A program made the translations under genes and the position numbers. The notes under the pieces were generated by a model. It saw only the letters and a list, made by a program, of their open reading frames with translations, ran no database searches and had not been told where the DNA came from. A DNA stretch of 64,000 nucleotides, from assembly GCA_046563655.1 (NCBI GenBank), contig CM102290.1, positions 2,046,001 through 2,110,000 on the forward strand, read 5' to 3'. This document shows, one piece after another, positions 1 to 12,411 of this stretch (position 1 is its first letter; each line of letters opens with the position of its first letter). The DNA is from Yuukianura sp. NJ FZ-2021 (lineage: Eukaryota).

Positions 1-732
1 TCACCTCATTCAGACACTTCATCTTCCCAACATGAAAGTCATCACGAGTATTTTAGTACTTTTGTTTATCTATGACGTCTTCTTTGTGTTTATTACGCCG
101 TACTTTACGACCGTAAGAACCTAATATTATGACACATCTAAGTTGTCTATTCTAAAGATTTACTCCAATGTATTTGTCAGAACGGGAAAAGTGTCATGGT
201 GGAAGTTGCTACGGGGGTGAGTGGGTCTGGTTCCAAGGAACAGTTGCCAATGCTTCTTCAATTTCCACGTCTACTCTACTCCCCTGGACACGCCTGCGTC
301 GGAGGTCGTGAATATTCGCTACTTGGATACGGAGATATAATTGTACCAGGATTTCTCGTTTGTTTTGCTCATGTATTTGACCTTCAAAGGCGAAAAGATG
401 GAGGGAGCAGACCATATTTCATCACGTCTCTAATTGGTACTACATTTGAAATTTAAATTCCCGCCTTTCTGTGACTCCTATCCGATTGTTCCTAAAATAT
501 TAGACACTGTTAAATTGACTCCATTAATTTTGTTGTAGCCTATGCGATTGGGTTGGCCGGAGCCTTTGTTGCTCTCGTTCTGTCTAGCACTGGGCAACCA
601 GCTCTGTTCTACATCGTTCCCTGCATTCTCCTAGGGATTTTCGGGCTGGGGCTAATCAAGAAAGAAGTGAAAGCGCTGTGGCGAGGAGGGATACTTATCG
701 AGCCCTTAGCTCTAGAACAGGAGTCTGCTTAG
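1..732 (+). CDS. SPPL2: Signal peptide peptidase-like 2 (SPPL2A/B-type) GxGD aspartyl protease, 3' part; exons <1-112, 181-436, 539-732
   Basis: GT-AG introns 113-180 and 437-538 join in frame to give HLPNMKVITSILVLLFIYDVFFVFITPYFTT/NGKSVMVEVATG...SLLGYGDIIVPG.../AYAIGL...GQPALFYIVPC...ALW. This contains the YD and LGxGD catalytic motifs and the QPAL motif. The FITPxFTxxGxSxMVEVAxG segment is typical of the SPPL2 branch. Stop TAG at 730-732. Confidence 0.93.
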
Positions 733-1390
733 ACCCTGATCACAGCCTGGCAGCCTTAAGGACACAAGGACTTACTATATACTAGTTGTTTACTTTTCAT
801 CGGCCGGTTAAATCAAGCAAAATTTGGAATACTTTATCATAACTCAACTGACTGTTTAATTTATACATAGCTTAGTTTGAATATTGTCTAGCTGTGTGAT
901 TGACTCATTGGAAAGGATCAGGAAGACAAATGGAGGCTGGCGGATATAAGGCTGAATTTGCCCCTTTAAACTTCAGGGAGTCGAAGAAATAATTTGTTAT
1001 AGTCAATTTAAAACGTAGTTCCCTCGAAAAAGAAATTGCAGTGCTCAATATCTTTCCGCGTGAAGTGCATTTTCCTGCTCTTAGTAATTAGTTTACTTTC
1101 TCCACCTCCTTCGTTATAAAACGTAAAAATTTAACTTTTTGAAATAGAGCAACAATAATTGTTTGGTTAGTAGTTGTTAGTGTCACGGTGGTAGTCTTTA
1201 ATTAAATCCAATAATAATGAACCTATAGTTCTCCTTAGTCAAAACTAAACCAACATCAAAGAAAAGGATTTTTGGAATTGAATGGGGAAAGGTATAGAAT
1301 TAGAAGACGAGAACAAGGAAAGTGCAATTATAGATTTCGGCCTTTTGCCTCTTCACCAAAGCTCGGCACTTTGCAATCTTCGAGGCTCTC

Positions 1391-1673
1391 CAAGGTGTTT
1401 TGATAACAGAAAACTCGTTCTTTAACAGGTTAGGCAATAAGGCAATTTAAAAAAAAATCGATAAAAAATAAAGTTTAGAACAACAGTTTCACTCGTCAGA
1501 TTTTTTGAATTTTCTTACGAATTTTGATCTTTTGGAAATTTTTTTTTATATTCCATAACAAGAAAGAATGAAGTTGAGTGAATTCATTTTCGAAATTTTT
1601 TCTCACAAAATGCAGAAGTGGAGTTATTGCCCCACCTGTTAAAGAAAAAGTATTTCCTTGTTTATCAACCTTG
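1391..1673 (+). mobile_element. P-superfamily-like MITE, family C
   Basis: CAAGGTG...AACCTTG ends; subterminal TTTAACAGGT inverted pair; TSD aggctctc/agcctctc (7/8); related to 12412-12695. Confidence 0.8.
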
Positions 1674-3032
1674 AGCCTCTCTTTGCAATCCGCGATCTCC
1701 GCTCGCAAACGGGTGCGGAGCAAAAGTGGCGACCTATGTCTTCTATGTATGTACATATTAAGTTTACTTGTATTCGTAGACCAAGGTTTCTCTTTTACGG
1801 AAGAGAACAGGATTAAGGGAGCAGTCGTCCAGGGTCCATTGTGTCTCTTACATAAGAACCAATTACGACCTACAAAACTTCGATACTGATATCAAAGGAA
1901 CCTTGATCTCATTCTTCGTCTTTTAAGTTTCCAGAGAGGAGTAGTCCATGGCCTACCATGACTCAGAGAGTGCTGGACGAATTGTGGAAGAGGGCGAAGG
2001 GGGACGCCTTAGTCGTGCGATTATTTTCCTATTGTTAGCCTCTGCCATTAAAAGTTTGAACTCACTTCCGCCGTTGTTCCGTGGGAGATGAAATAGTACT
2101 TTTCTGCTGGGATTGGAGAACCTACGACTTCTACTTTCTCCCTTTCTCGTTAAACTTTCCCTCAACAAAATAACTTTGTTCCTTTTGTTCCCCTCTTCCT
2201 TTCAAAAACGATATTAAGACCACCACAACTTTTACATTTTTCAAAATTTACAGAACACACTTTGGAAAAGAAAACAACAACAGGCGTTCCATCCTGAAAC
2301 CGCCACCAACTTTTTAGCCAATTGCTAAAAAAAATTGAACCGATTTTTGCGCTTCATTTTCAGAGTGGCAGTTTTCTACAAACAAACACGAAAAATGACA
2401 AAGTGTGAGATTGCTAAAATCTTGTCTCACAAAATTTAGCAATCTCGCAAAACACAAAAAAATTAGTTTTTGCGAATAACGGATTAGTACTGGACTGGAG
2501 ATGGAACACACTCCATTACACTGAAGATTTGTACATAAGTTTTGAAAACACGCTACTATATGTTACAATCCAATTTGTCGAATTTTTTTGAAAGAAAATT
2601 GCCCGTCAGGTAACTTTTAGCCAAACTTTTTTTTTCTCGTACCATGCAAAATTGGATCAAATCATAGACGTTAGTTCAGTCTGGCCTTTGTCTAATCTTT
2701 TAAGCAATCTGTATCCAGCGTCACGAAGGTTTCCAACAGGTAGGAATAAGGCAATTTAGGTAAAGGAGTAAGATATGTTGCATTTGAGAATAGCCTTGGC
2801 GCTGCCCTTAAACGCTTTACGTTCCCCATGAAAGGTGACGTCGTTCTAAGAAAAAAGTTCAAAGCAAATTTTTATGAGAGACGATTGCTTGGCTCTGGAA
2901 GAAAGTTGTGGCAGGTCATCATAATTTGAATCCATTACACTATTAACTTTCTACATAAACCAAAAAACTAAGGTCAAAAGTTAACTTTTTCTTTTTCCAA
3001 AAACAGAATCATTATAATTTCACTATTTGCTC

Positions 3033-3312
3033 TCTTACGTACGAAAAGCTACTTTATGGTTTGACCTTGTCTGCATGTCTGTCAGTTTGGCAAGCCATCA
3101 GCATCAATTATCTCTGAAAAAGCTCAACATTTCCGGAATCTGTTTTCACTATTGAACACTTAGTGACCTCTTTTCGGGTCAAAGGTCAACTTTTTTCTTT
3201 TTCCCGTTGGCCTATCATGGTTTACAATTGTGGGCTGGCATAATAAGCCATTCGGAATTTAAGGTCATCTTTCGCTACTTTTGTACACTCCATAATACAA
3301 TCGGATTTATTT
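3033..3312 (+). mobile_element. Helentron/DINE-1-like non-autonomous element (HINE), decayed
   Basis: Colinear with the reverse complement of 15021-15405 (GTCTG microsatellite remnant, aattatctc, gttttcact, cgggtcaaaggtcaactttttt, ctttcgctactt). Confidence 0.6.
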
Positions 3313-4719
3313 CGTATGTTAACCTAACGACCTACACTTATTACACGGCGGAAACTAGAAGTAGAAGATTTTGCCACTTTTCAGTGAAAAAAAAACTTTC
3401 TTTTCTTTTCTGCCTTCTTGGATTAAATTGGAGGAAAATAATTTCTTGACTTATGTTGTTTCTATTGCTACCGCTTTAACTTCCCAGTATTTGCAGCATC
3501 TTCTAATAATATACGTTTTTCTTCCTAAGATTAGGTTAGATTCTTCCGTCTTCAACAAAAAAACTGATCCATTACAGTTCGTCATTGTGTCCTAAAGGTT
3601 CCCTGAGATCATTAAATTAAATTGTTAGTACACATAGAGGCACAGAAAACAGAAGGAAAAAGGAAGTCCCAAGATAGTTACAGTTTTCGAAAAAAAAAAA
3701 GAGAGAAAACAAAAAGTTATTCTTTTCCAACAACAAAATTTCATACTTTCCTCTTCATTTCTCCGTCGTTCCAAAATAGACTTTCTCCAACTTCTCGAAA
3801 AATGTTTTTTTTAACCCCCCCTCCCCCCTAAGCTAAATTTTTCTGCACTTATGGGGGTGGGAGGGGGAGGAAGAAGGGAGGGGGGTGAGAGGGGGGCTTT
3901 TTGAAATTGGTTCTACACTGAAACTGGAGGGTGACCAATTCTGAAAAGTTAGTCTATAGAAACTATATGATCCTAACACACAAAAGCTAGTTATAACAAT
4001 GGAAGAAACGGAAAAGAAACTTTTCCCATTGTATTTTGAAGTTTTGTACTAGCATCTTTTTCTTCTTTAAGCTACTAACGTTAGGTTAGGTTTAGCTTGG
4101 GGCCGGAACTCTTCCAGACATTCTGGAAGGTCCGGAGGACACTGTCTCAAGTACTAAGTGTCACAAAAGGAGTCCATTTTCTTCGTTCACATATAATTTT
4201 CCATTATGACTAGTTAGGTTTTGGGTGTGTAAGAGGGGCGCTCTTCAACGCTTTCAATGGGACATCTTGTCAATGTTAGCTAAGTTTTCTGTGTTAGCAC
4301 GGCGGAGGTTGTGTCGCTCGAGGTTGTATCGAGCGGTGCTGAATTGCAGTCATGCGACTCTCTTCTTGGGACTTCAAAATGACTATTCATGAAGAATAGA
4401 TTTATTCCAGTAGTTCCAGAAGGCGCATTACAAATATATGGATACTATGGTTACTAGAATACAATCTGTGGAGAGAGTGTGAAGGTTTTTGGTTACACAG
4501 TTATATTTTCTGGTTAGGTTTTTATGGAAATGACATTTTTCCTTTTTTAACAATAGTTCATCGTCCTATATGCTTTTATGGTTAGGTTGGCGATGGCTTG
4601 TGTCGGAAATGGAAATGTGACAGATTGAAACGTTGGATGGGGTTAGGCATTTTTTGTGTCTTTGTTTGCCAAAGCGTGGACAAGTCATACATACTGGGCA
4701 GAGTTTACGAAAAAGCAAC

Positions 4720-7700
4720 ATGGCGCCTAAACTTGTAGTGGGAGTGGTACTCGTCTTGTCCACTTTGAGTGCCAAGGCTTTTGCCAAAGTTGTCCTGCAT
4801 AATGGCGGGACCCACCGACTGGGGAGTTGGGGTGGGTCACTGGAAACGGTAAATATCAAGGTTCCTTGACAACCGAATTGTATTTCCTACAAAAGGTTGT
4901 CCAATAACTCAGGCTTTCCAAAAATTTTACTTCAAACAGATTTCTGCACCTATTTTATTTATCCAGTTTTTTTTCCAAACTTTGAACATTTGAAATCGCT
5001 TAGGAATAAAAAAGAAAAGAAGAATTTCTATAGAAATGGAGTTGAAGTTTAACCTGTTTCATTTTTGAAAATTTATGAAAAAAACTGAAAAATGCGAGTT
5101 ATTGGACAACCCGGTGTAGAGAAAGTTTTTTTTTCTGTTTACGAACCTTGGTAAATATATATGTTTGCTGGTGAAACAAAGTGAAAATTGAGCTAAAAAT
5201 GAGGAATTTGAAAAATAGACATTTGTTCTTAGGAAAACGTAGTTCAGGTGGATTCGAACGAAGAAATGTTTAAGAACTTAGTCCAGCGGTTTATCCCAAG
5301 AAACGGAAATCAGAATATTGCTGCCGTAAAGTCAATCCTTTTTTAAAGAAAACTGAAATTTTTTGTAAACTGCTTAAACTTTCTTTATTAAACAGGATTT
5401 AGAAGTTGTTCTCAACTCCGGTCCGGTACTGTCCCCCGACGTTCTGCTTAATGCTATCAACCTCATGCCAGACAAAACTGATAGATTGAACGTTCTGAAC
5501 AGTTCTGGAAGTGACAAAAACGGCACAATGCAAAGAGATTTAAGCGAAATTGTCGGTTTTACGCCCTTATTAAATAGACGCAAAGATGTCAATGACCCAG
5601 ACAAAAATGAAACTAAAAATGCTTTCCTGGACGACGAAAATTTCTCAGGTCAAAACCCTGGTCATGACTACATCAAGTAAGAGCTCCTCAAAAACACGAT
5701 TTAAAAAACGTAAAGAAACTGAAAAATGAAACATTTTTGTTTCATTTTTGAAAAAGTAGCCTAACTTTGATATGATTTTTCTCGATTCTTGAGACTCAAC
5801 GCTACTACTGGTGGATTCAGATTCAATTTTAGTCAAGATGCCAAGTACCTCGTTGTATCTCCAGAAGCCAAGTCGAGATTAGTGTTGACCTGTGCAGAAA
5901 TTGACCTGCGGAACTGTTCCATTGGTCCAGAGGATACGCTTGTGGTTAACTCCGTTGGGGACTTGAGATTCGGACGGAATAGTTTCCTGTACTGTGGTTC
6001 TGCTGTGAAAGTTCGTGTAGTTTCTATTCGCAGGAAGATCTCTATTCGAATTCGGAGAGACTTGGGGGTAAAGGGGGAAATGGAATGTAAATTCTTTGCT
6101 AGGAAACAACGATTTCTGGAGGATGATGAACATTCTTGTGGGAAGTTGGGTGAAGGACGAGCTTCGGCTGGTGGTAGAGTGAGTCAACTTTTACTTTTCT
6201 TAACTACGAGTCAATAGAAACAATTTTTGATTTAAAGCTACTTCATGCAAACGTATGCCACTAACGTCCGTCTGTCCTTGTGTCCGTCGGACCACAAAAT
6301 CTTTAGTTTGCTTAACTACTTTTCGAAGTAGGTTGACTTTCGAAGTAATTCGTTTCGCAGTAATTCATTCGACGAAATTGCATGAAACTGAACTATACAG
6401 TCTATTTCTCGGAAAATGTTAATGTTTTGCTTGTTGCTATCTGTGACTTTCTGTTGATGATTAGATTGTTGGCGGTAAACGGGTAGCTCCGGGGCTGTTT
6501 CCATACTTAGCTCAACTCGATATGACCAAAAGTTCTGGAATTCACACAACATGTTCAGGGTCACTCATTTCCAAGTCATGGGTACTTACCGCTGCTGTAA
6601 GTTTTACACGAAATATTTAGTTTACTCTAACTTCAACAGGAAACGCATTAGACATTTATTCATACCATGTACTTTTGACAGCACTGTCTCCGAGGAGTGG
6701 AGGCCATCAGTGTCTTTCTAGGTAAACTTTTGAAATATTTTTATATTTTTTGAAAACATTATTTGACTCTTGTGTTAAAAAAATGGATTGCATAAAAATT
6801 TCAAGGTGGAACGGACAGACGAGAATTCAATGGAAACGAAATGATTGTCCAAGTACTCTCAATTCCTATAGTGCATACTCATCAACTTTCTGTTTTTAAA
6901 AATTTCAAAATTTCCCACGTTTTTTAATAGGCTGAAAAATATGTTTTGCACAAGAGCTGGAACGCTAAGACGTTATTGGGCGACATTGCTCTTGTAAAAC
7001 TTTCGAAACCAGTCAAGTACACCACTGAAATCAGCTCCGTTTGTCTTCCAGACAAAAAACTTAGAAACGAAAACTTACTTGGAAAAAAGGGAGTCGCTGT
7101 TGGTTAGTTTGTTCCAAAAATTCTAAATTTTGTCCAAAAAATTTCTCGTTGAAATCAAAATTGACAAAAATTTAAGGGTGGGGCCGCCTGTCCACGACGG
7201 AACGAGCTCCTCGTAAAGCATATCGTGTGAAGCTTCCCTTCCTGTCCGATCTCCGCTGTTTCCTCTCTTATCCGAGATTCTTCCGACCGAAGGTAATTGA
7301 CTGAAACATTTCGTCGGATTCCGGCAGCCATGATTCCATTCCTGCCAAAAAAAATGAATATGATAGACCCAGTTTTTGAAAAAAAAGAGCTAGTTCCGTT
7401 ACATTTGTTCCGATTTGTGATGCAAGTTAGGATTTGGCGAAGTTCAGTGTAAAAATCCGTGGTTTTTCTAATCGCCCATTTCTCTCTGTGCTGTTTAAGG
7501 TGATGATGTGCACAGAGTCGTCGGAGGAAAGGGCCATTTGCTACGGGGACAGTGGTGGGCCGTTACTCTACTTGAGAAATCAGCGCGTTTACCAAGTGAG
7601 TTCACAGCGCCTTTTTCCAAAATTTAAAAAAAAAATGCCATCAGCCTCTTTTCTCCATTTTTAACTTGAGGAACATATCAAGGAAATGGTCCAATTCCAA

Positions 7701-8859
7701 GGAAGAAAGAAAAAGGCGGGAATAATTGAACTTTCCTTTTCAAATCAAATGTGCTTCCACTTTTTTCCTTGTCTGATTCCTTAATCCATGGATTACTTTT
7801 CCTTTTCTTATCCTAACCTAACATATAACGTACACTAAACTTTGAATTCAATAGTGCTAAAAATGTAGTGCCTTTTAAACTTTTGCAAAATCGTGGTAGA
7901 AGTCATGATTTATTTTTTCGCTATTTTTTTCCCAAGGTTTATTGGCTTTTCATTTTCTTTAACAGGTTAGGTAATACCTCATGTTTTTTTTCGATTGTGC
8001 AAAAAAAAAGTATATTTTTATTTCGGGGCATCGTAGTCATAACAATACAGCTAATTTTTTTAAGTTTTGCATTGGAACTAGTACCAATTTTTGCTTTGGT
8101 ACTAATTTTTCTTTCGTTTTTTTGTCAACAGGCGAGGTAGTACCCAACCTGTTAAAGAAAATTAACTTTTCGTTGTCAAGGAACCTTGATTTTTTCTCTA
8201 TCAGAATATTTGGAGAAATTACCACGCAATGTTTACAGTCAATGGAATTCCACTTTCAAAATTTTCCCGCCTTTTGTTCTATAATTTAAAATTTGAATGG
8301 TCTCACAAATTCAAGCACAAAGTTGAAACCATTTCCTTGAGCCCGGTCGCCTTAACTTGCACTTTGGTTTTAATTTTCATTTTGAGAGGTGTGAGATTTG
8401 AAATTTGAAATTGATGGGGGTTGTTTTTTTAATTAAGAAGGCAAAGGCTTATTTTCTCATTAGTGAAGTGCAGGTTCATTGGTTTTTTGTTTATAAAGAA
8501 AAGTTTTTGAAAGTCAGTGATTTGAGTTGTGGCGGGATCAGTGTGGATTTGCAACACAATCTGCCCTGTCATCCTTTTGTTCCTTGTTTTTTAGGTGGGT
8601 ATTTCCTCCTACAGTTCGTCCCAAGTCTGCGGTGAAAGTTTTGGTGAGACTTTGTCTCGTTTTCAGTCAACTTTTTTTTTTTTAAATTTTGTCATTTTTC
8701 AAAAGTTTAGACTTTTCTTCCTTCCGAAACAGTGTCAAAGGTTAGAAAGTTTGGAAAAGATAATTAATTAATTTCCCCTTTTGAATTAACTTTTTAGACG
8801 TTTTTACTCGCTTGGATGACAGTTACGTGGAGTGGATTCATAAAAGGATTGAGGAGTGA
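4720..8859 (+). CDS. Secreted S1A serine protease with signal peptide, N-terminal extension, CUB-like domain and catalytic domain (~533 aa); exons 4720-4848, 5233-5325, 5396-5676, 5794(or 5821/5833)-6178, 6465-6596, 6682-6721, 6806-6852, 6931-7102, 7177-7292, 7500-7595, 8595-8643, 8798-8859
   Basis: All 11 introns are GT-AG and phase-compatible. Hydrophobic signal MAPKLVVGVVLVLSTLSAKAFA. CUB-like segment LVLTCAEIDLRNC...DTLVV...GD...YCGS...VVS...MECKF resembles the arthropod venom-serine-protease-type CUB. Linker SCG...GGR|IVGG; TCSGSLISKSWVLTAA|HC; GDIAL; GWG; ICYGDSGGP; VFTRLD..YVEWI; stop TGA 8857-8859. The exon 4 acceptor and the N-terminal exons are less certain than the protease domain. 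Confidence 0.9.
4857..5150 (+). mobile_element. P-superfamily-like MITE, family B, in protease intron 1
   Basis: CAAGGTTC...GAACCTTG ends; perfect 8-bp TSD GTAAATAT (4849-4856 / 5151-5158). Confidence 0.92.
6232..6331 (+). mobile_element. Possible miniature DINE-1/HINE-like element in protease intron 4
   Basis: GTCCGTCTGTCC-type microsatellite between imperfect inverted 10-mers (tcatgcaaac / gtttgcttaa), ending in the hairpin CTACTT-TTCG-AAGTAG. Degenerate TTTCGAAGTA repeats follow to ~6380. Confidence 0.4.
7933..8188 (-). mobile_element. P-superfamily-like MITE, family A, in protease intron 10
   Basis: CAAGGTTT...GTCAAGGAACCTTG ends; interior homologous to the other family A copies; TSD lies in a T-run and is degenerate. 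Confidence 0.88.
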
Positions 8860-10509
8860 CAACCCTAACCCAAATTTTGAACCTTTTCTTCAGAATCACA
8901 ATTTAAATTTGACATTAAAAACGAAAATCTGAGAGAACATTTTGTTCTGAGAGCTGGAAATAATTTTCTGCAATTAATGGTTAAGTGGCATTTTGGATAA
9001 GTTGCCTCATTGTCAACTGGTGGCTCCTGGATCAATTCTCGTTTTAAACTCTCTTTTTTTTCTTGGCAGTAGTTGGCTATAGGTAGTTAGCTTTAAACTT
9101 TAAGTTGCTACTGCGTGTGTTATCCATTTTGTCTTCGCTAATCAAAATTTATGGGTTAAAGACCAGTGGGATTTTAATAGGAGAAGAGAAAGAGAGAGAG
9201 GGAAAATGAAAAAGTTCTTCCGAGTTTTACAAGTCAGTGAAAGCACAAAACTTTTCTCTGCTTTTTGAAATTAAAAAAAAATAGAACTTAAAACGCCCAA
9301 GATGAACATAGTCAAATTATGCTTCAGTCACTTCAAACTTTAGACTCATTTTCCCTTTTGGTTTTTAAGAAAGAATTCAAGATTTAAACAAAAATGAAAG
9401 GAACATTTCAAAAAAGGCGCCAATTTTCTCACTATTGTTGAACTTTAATTAAGAACTGTCTTTTCCATCCTGTCATATACCACAAAAAGAAAAGACAATA
9501 AGGAAGACCTCCTAGACACAAAAAAAAAATAATAATTTGAACCAACTTTTCCATTTCAGAAACCTCAAAAAAATGAAAATATGATTCTACTAAAACGAAA
9601 CCAAAAGTTGGGGCGTTTTATCAACTCATGTGTCCTACGTTGTTAAAAACAGAAATTTTGAACACAAAATTTCCAAGAAAAACGAAAGCTTTTGTACGGT
9701 TGGTGTTACTTGAATGTTTTTGTGCATGAGGGGTAGTTTAGCAATGTGGTAGTGCGTGTAGCGGGTTTTGGGTGACACGGAAAGTGACAAGGTTCCATGA
9801 CAAACTACTTGGGCACATGCTCACCTATTTACGATTCAGAGCCTAATGTCTTGATTAAACAAAGTGCGGACTTTGGTAGTTGTAGGTTGTATCACAAGGT
9901 CCGAGTCAAGCATCAAGTAAATCACATACTGGATCCAATAAATCCTGGTTTCCCTGTAGTTTACATAGACAGACTAACCAATTTCCCCGCCCTTTCCAAT
10001 TAATCACGCAGGGAAAGTCGAGTTTTTCTACTTTTTACCAATCTTTCTTGGAGTAACTAAATTTCCATAGAGAAAGTGAAAAGAAGGTTACATAAAAATA
10101 TTTACAATAAAGTATAATTTAGAGTAGGTAATAGTTTATGAACTATAGTTGTAACGAACTTTAACCATTATACTTTTGTTGTAACCATTTTCAATTGTAA
10201 CCATTTGAGTAACTTAAAACGATGTAACCTTTTTGTAACGATGATGGCGTGACTCGACTTGAAACGTTCACTAAACTACTACCCTAAATGGCTTCGTCAT
10301 TTTCAAAAATACGACTCACGCCCGCCCCACTGACGTTCGATTCCGAACAGTCCCAGTATTTCCTTTCACTTTTGTACATTCAGATGCACACATCAACCTG
10401 TCAGATTCTTTCCCACGATTAGCCACCCAACGACTGGATTATTAGTTTCAGACGGTTGTGGATATTTCAGACTTGTCAGATGAAAAGACTCCCCCTTGCT
10501 CTCCTCCTC

Positions 10510-10773
10510 CAAGGTTCCTTAACAACGAAAAATTAATTTCTTTCACAGGTTGGACACTACCTCGCTTGTTGACAAAAAAAACAAAAACAAAAATTAGGAC
10601 CAATTTTAGTGCCGATCCAAAAATTTGGCACCAATTCATATGCAAAATTTCAATTATTTGGCTGTATTGTTATGACTACAATGCCCTGAAATCAAGCAAG
10701 ACTTTTTTTTTTCAAAATAAAAAAAAACGAGGTATTACCCAACCTCATAAAGAAAATCAGTCAGCAAACCTTG
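10510..10773 (+). mobile_element. P-superfamily-like MITE, family A
   Basis: CAAGGTTCCTTAACAAC...AAACCTTG ends; family A interior; TSD decayed. Confidence 0.85.
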
Positions 10774-12411
10774 CCTTCCTTCATCATATTTTTCTGCCAT
10801 ATTCCATTTTTTAGCCCACTTAAAAAAACTAACATGCATTTCGGATTTAATCTTAAATGAGCCCATGTTTCATTTTTGTTGCAATTCAAATTTGGAACTT
10901 TCTCCCTTTCTCCATATGCTTTATCAGTTCCAATTACTTCCGCTTTTTTGAGCTGCTGAACAAATTTCACAAAAATGGAGTCAGGAGTTACAGCCACTGC
11001 CAGTTTTTTTTTTTGCTCCGAAAACGTGTTTGGTTCAAACTGCGTTCAGAACGGGGCAATTTTTCTTTTTCTTCGTGTGGCACTTTGGCACAGTTTGGTT
11101 TTCGCCTCGGCTGGATTTTATGTCCAGCCCAAATTGAAAAATGGGCGCCAATTTGGTGAGGATGGGGAGGAGTGAAAGTCGTAGCGGGTGAAAGCATTAT
11201 GAAAAGTCGTGCTTGTTGGGGGAGGGAGAGGGGTGGTTGAGTGCTGTTTCAGATTTTTGTTGTTCCATACATGGGCACCATCAAGACGACGACCGGTCAC
11301 ATTTGTCACTTGGAAGGCAGAGGGGTATTAATTACCACACAGTGGTACGGTATGTGTGTCCAGGAAAAGCGTAGATGGGCAGCAGACTATAAACGGTTGA
11401 CTTATTTTCTTTTCTTTCTGGCCAGAGCTGGGCAAACTTATGAGAAAATAGTTGCAACAAACATTTTTTTCAAAGAAAAGAATCGTCCGAAGTTTCAACA
11501 TCTAAGAAAGTTTCAAAAAAATGACCAAGTTGAATTGAAGTTGACTTCTTTTAAAAAAGTATTTTTGATTTTTTTAAAAGCCTTTTTGAATTTTGAATCA
11601 AGTTGGAGAAAAACGGTTTTGAGGATGAGTCAAAGCATCTTTTTGAAGTGAAGAGTTTATGTTAGCGTAGAGTCAATTGAATAAGAATATCTTCAATTTA
11701 GTTTTAAACAAAAATAAGGTGCAAAACGTTTTCATTTTGTCTCGTTTTGTTGAGTTTCGGTTTAAGAACACGTTCTTCTTTTCACCTCAGGTTTCTCACA
11801 CTTCTGTGGATTATTTATTTTATTCCTTGGGGAACATTATCTCCTATTTAACTTTCTACTTTTTCCATTCTATATCTGTAGCACACAATTCTAAAAGAAA
11901 ACTTTTTTGAAAAAGTTTTTTGGCGGTGCCGCTCTGTTTGGAACGTAGTGCTAGATGGCAACAGCTGGTTGGGGTCCCAGGCTTACTTTGGAGAAAGTTC
12001 CGTGTCCACAAGGACACGAGTTGCATTTGGTTAGGTTAACGTAGGCTGCTGACGTCCTTCAGCCCCACCTTCTTAGAAATTCTGACCTCGTCCCACCCTA
12101 TGAAATAAAGATAACAAGGGAGATCCCGTTATGCCCTATGACGCCTCAGACCCACGTTCCACAAACGAAACAAACACCACCCACTTCCACTGCACGGAGA
12201 AACTGAAGATGTGACTCTTGCCTCTTGCGAAATGGCACTGAGAAACACGTGACCTGCAACTTATTTACCTTACTCAACTTTCAATTCATGCAAAAGTTAG
12301 ACACAATTCTGACGAATCATGTTCGAAACACTTTTTGAAATTTTGGAATTCTCGAAATTTGTTTTGAAGTTTCTCCGTTTGAAAATATTTTCTGAGAACA
12401 CTGAAAATCTT

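Noticed and set aside
7868..8289. ORFs at 7868-8140, 7981-8289 and look-alikes at 10458, 25791, 53796, 56303 sharing peptides such as FNRLGNTS
   Set aside because: They are chance translations of family A MITE copies; there is no transposase motif and frames are not conserved between copies.
5233..8859. Idea that the protease's many short introns are introner elements derived from the CAAG|GT MITE ends
   Set aside because: The introns share no sequence similarity, TIRs or flanking duplications; MITEs sit inside introns rather than forming them.
9788..9806. Lone CAAGGTTCCATGACAA MITE-like end (also 1782-1905 and 2725-2798 candidates)
   Set aside because: No clear partner end with a TSD and a complete subterminal motif pair; at most decayed remnants.
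12231..12250. AATGGCACTG resembling the 5' end of miR-263
   Set aside because: The match is limited to 10 nt and the surrounding hairpin is weak.
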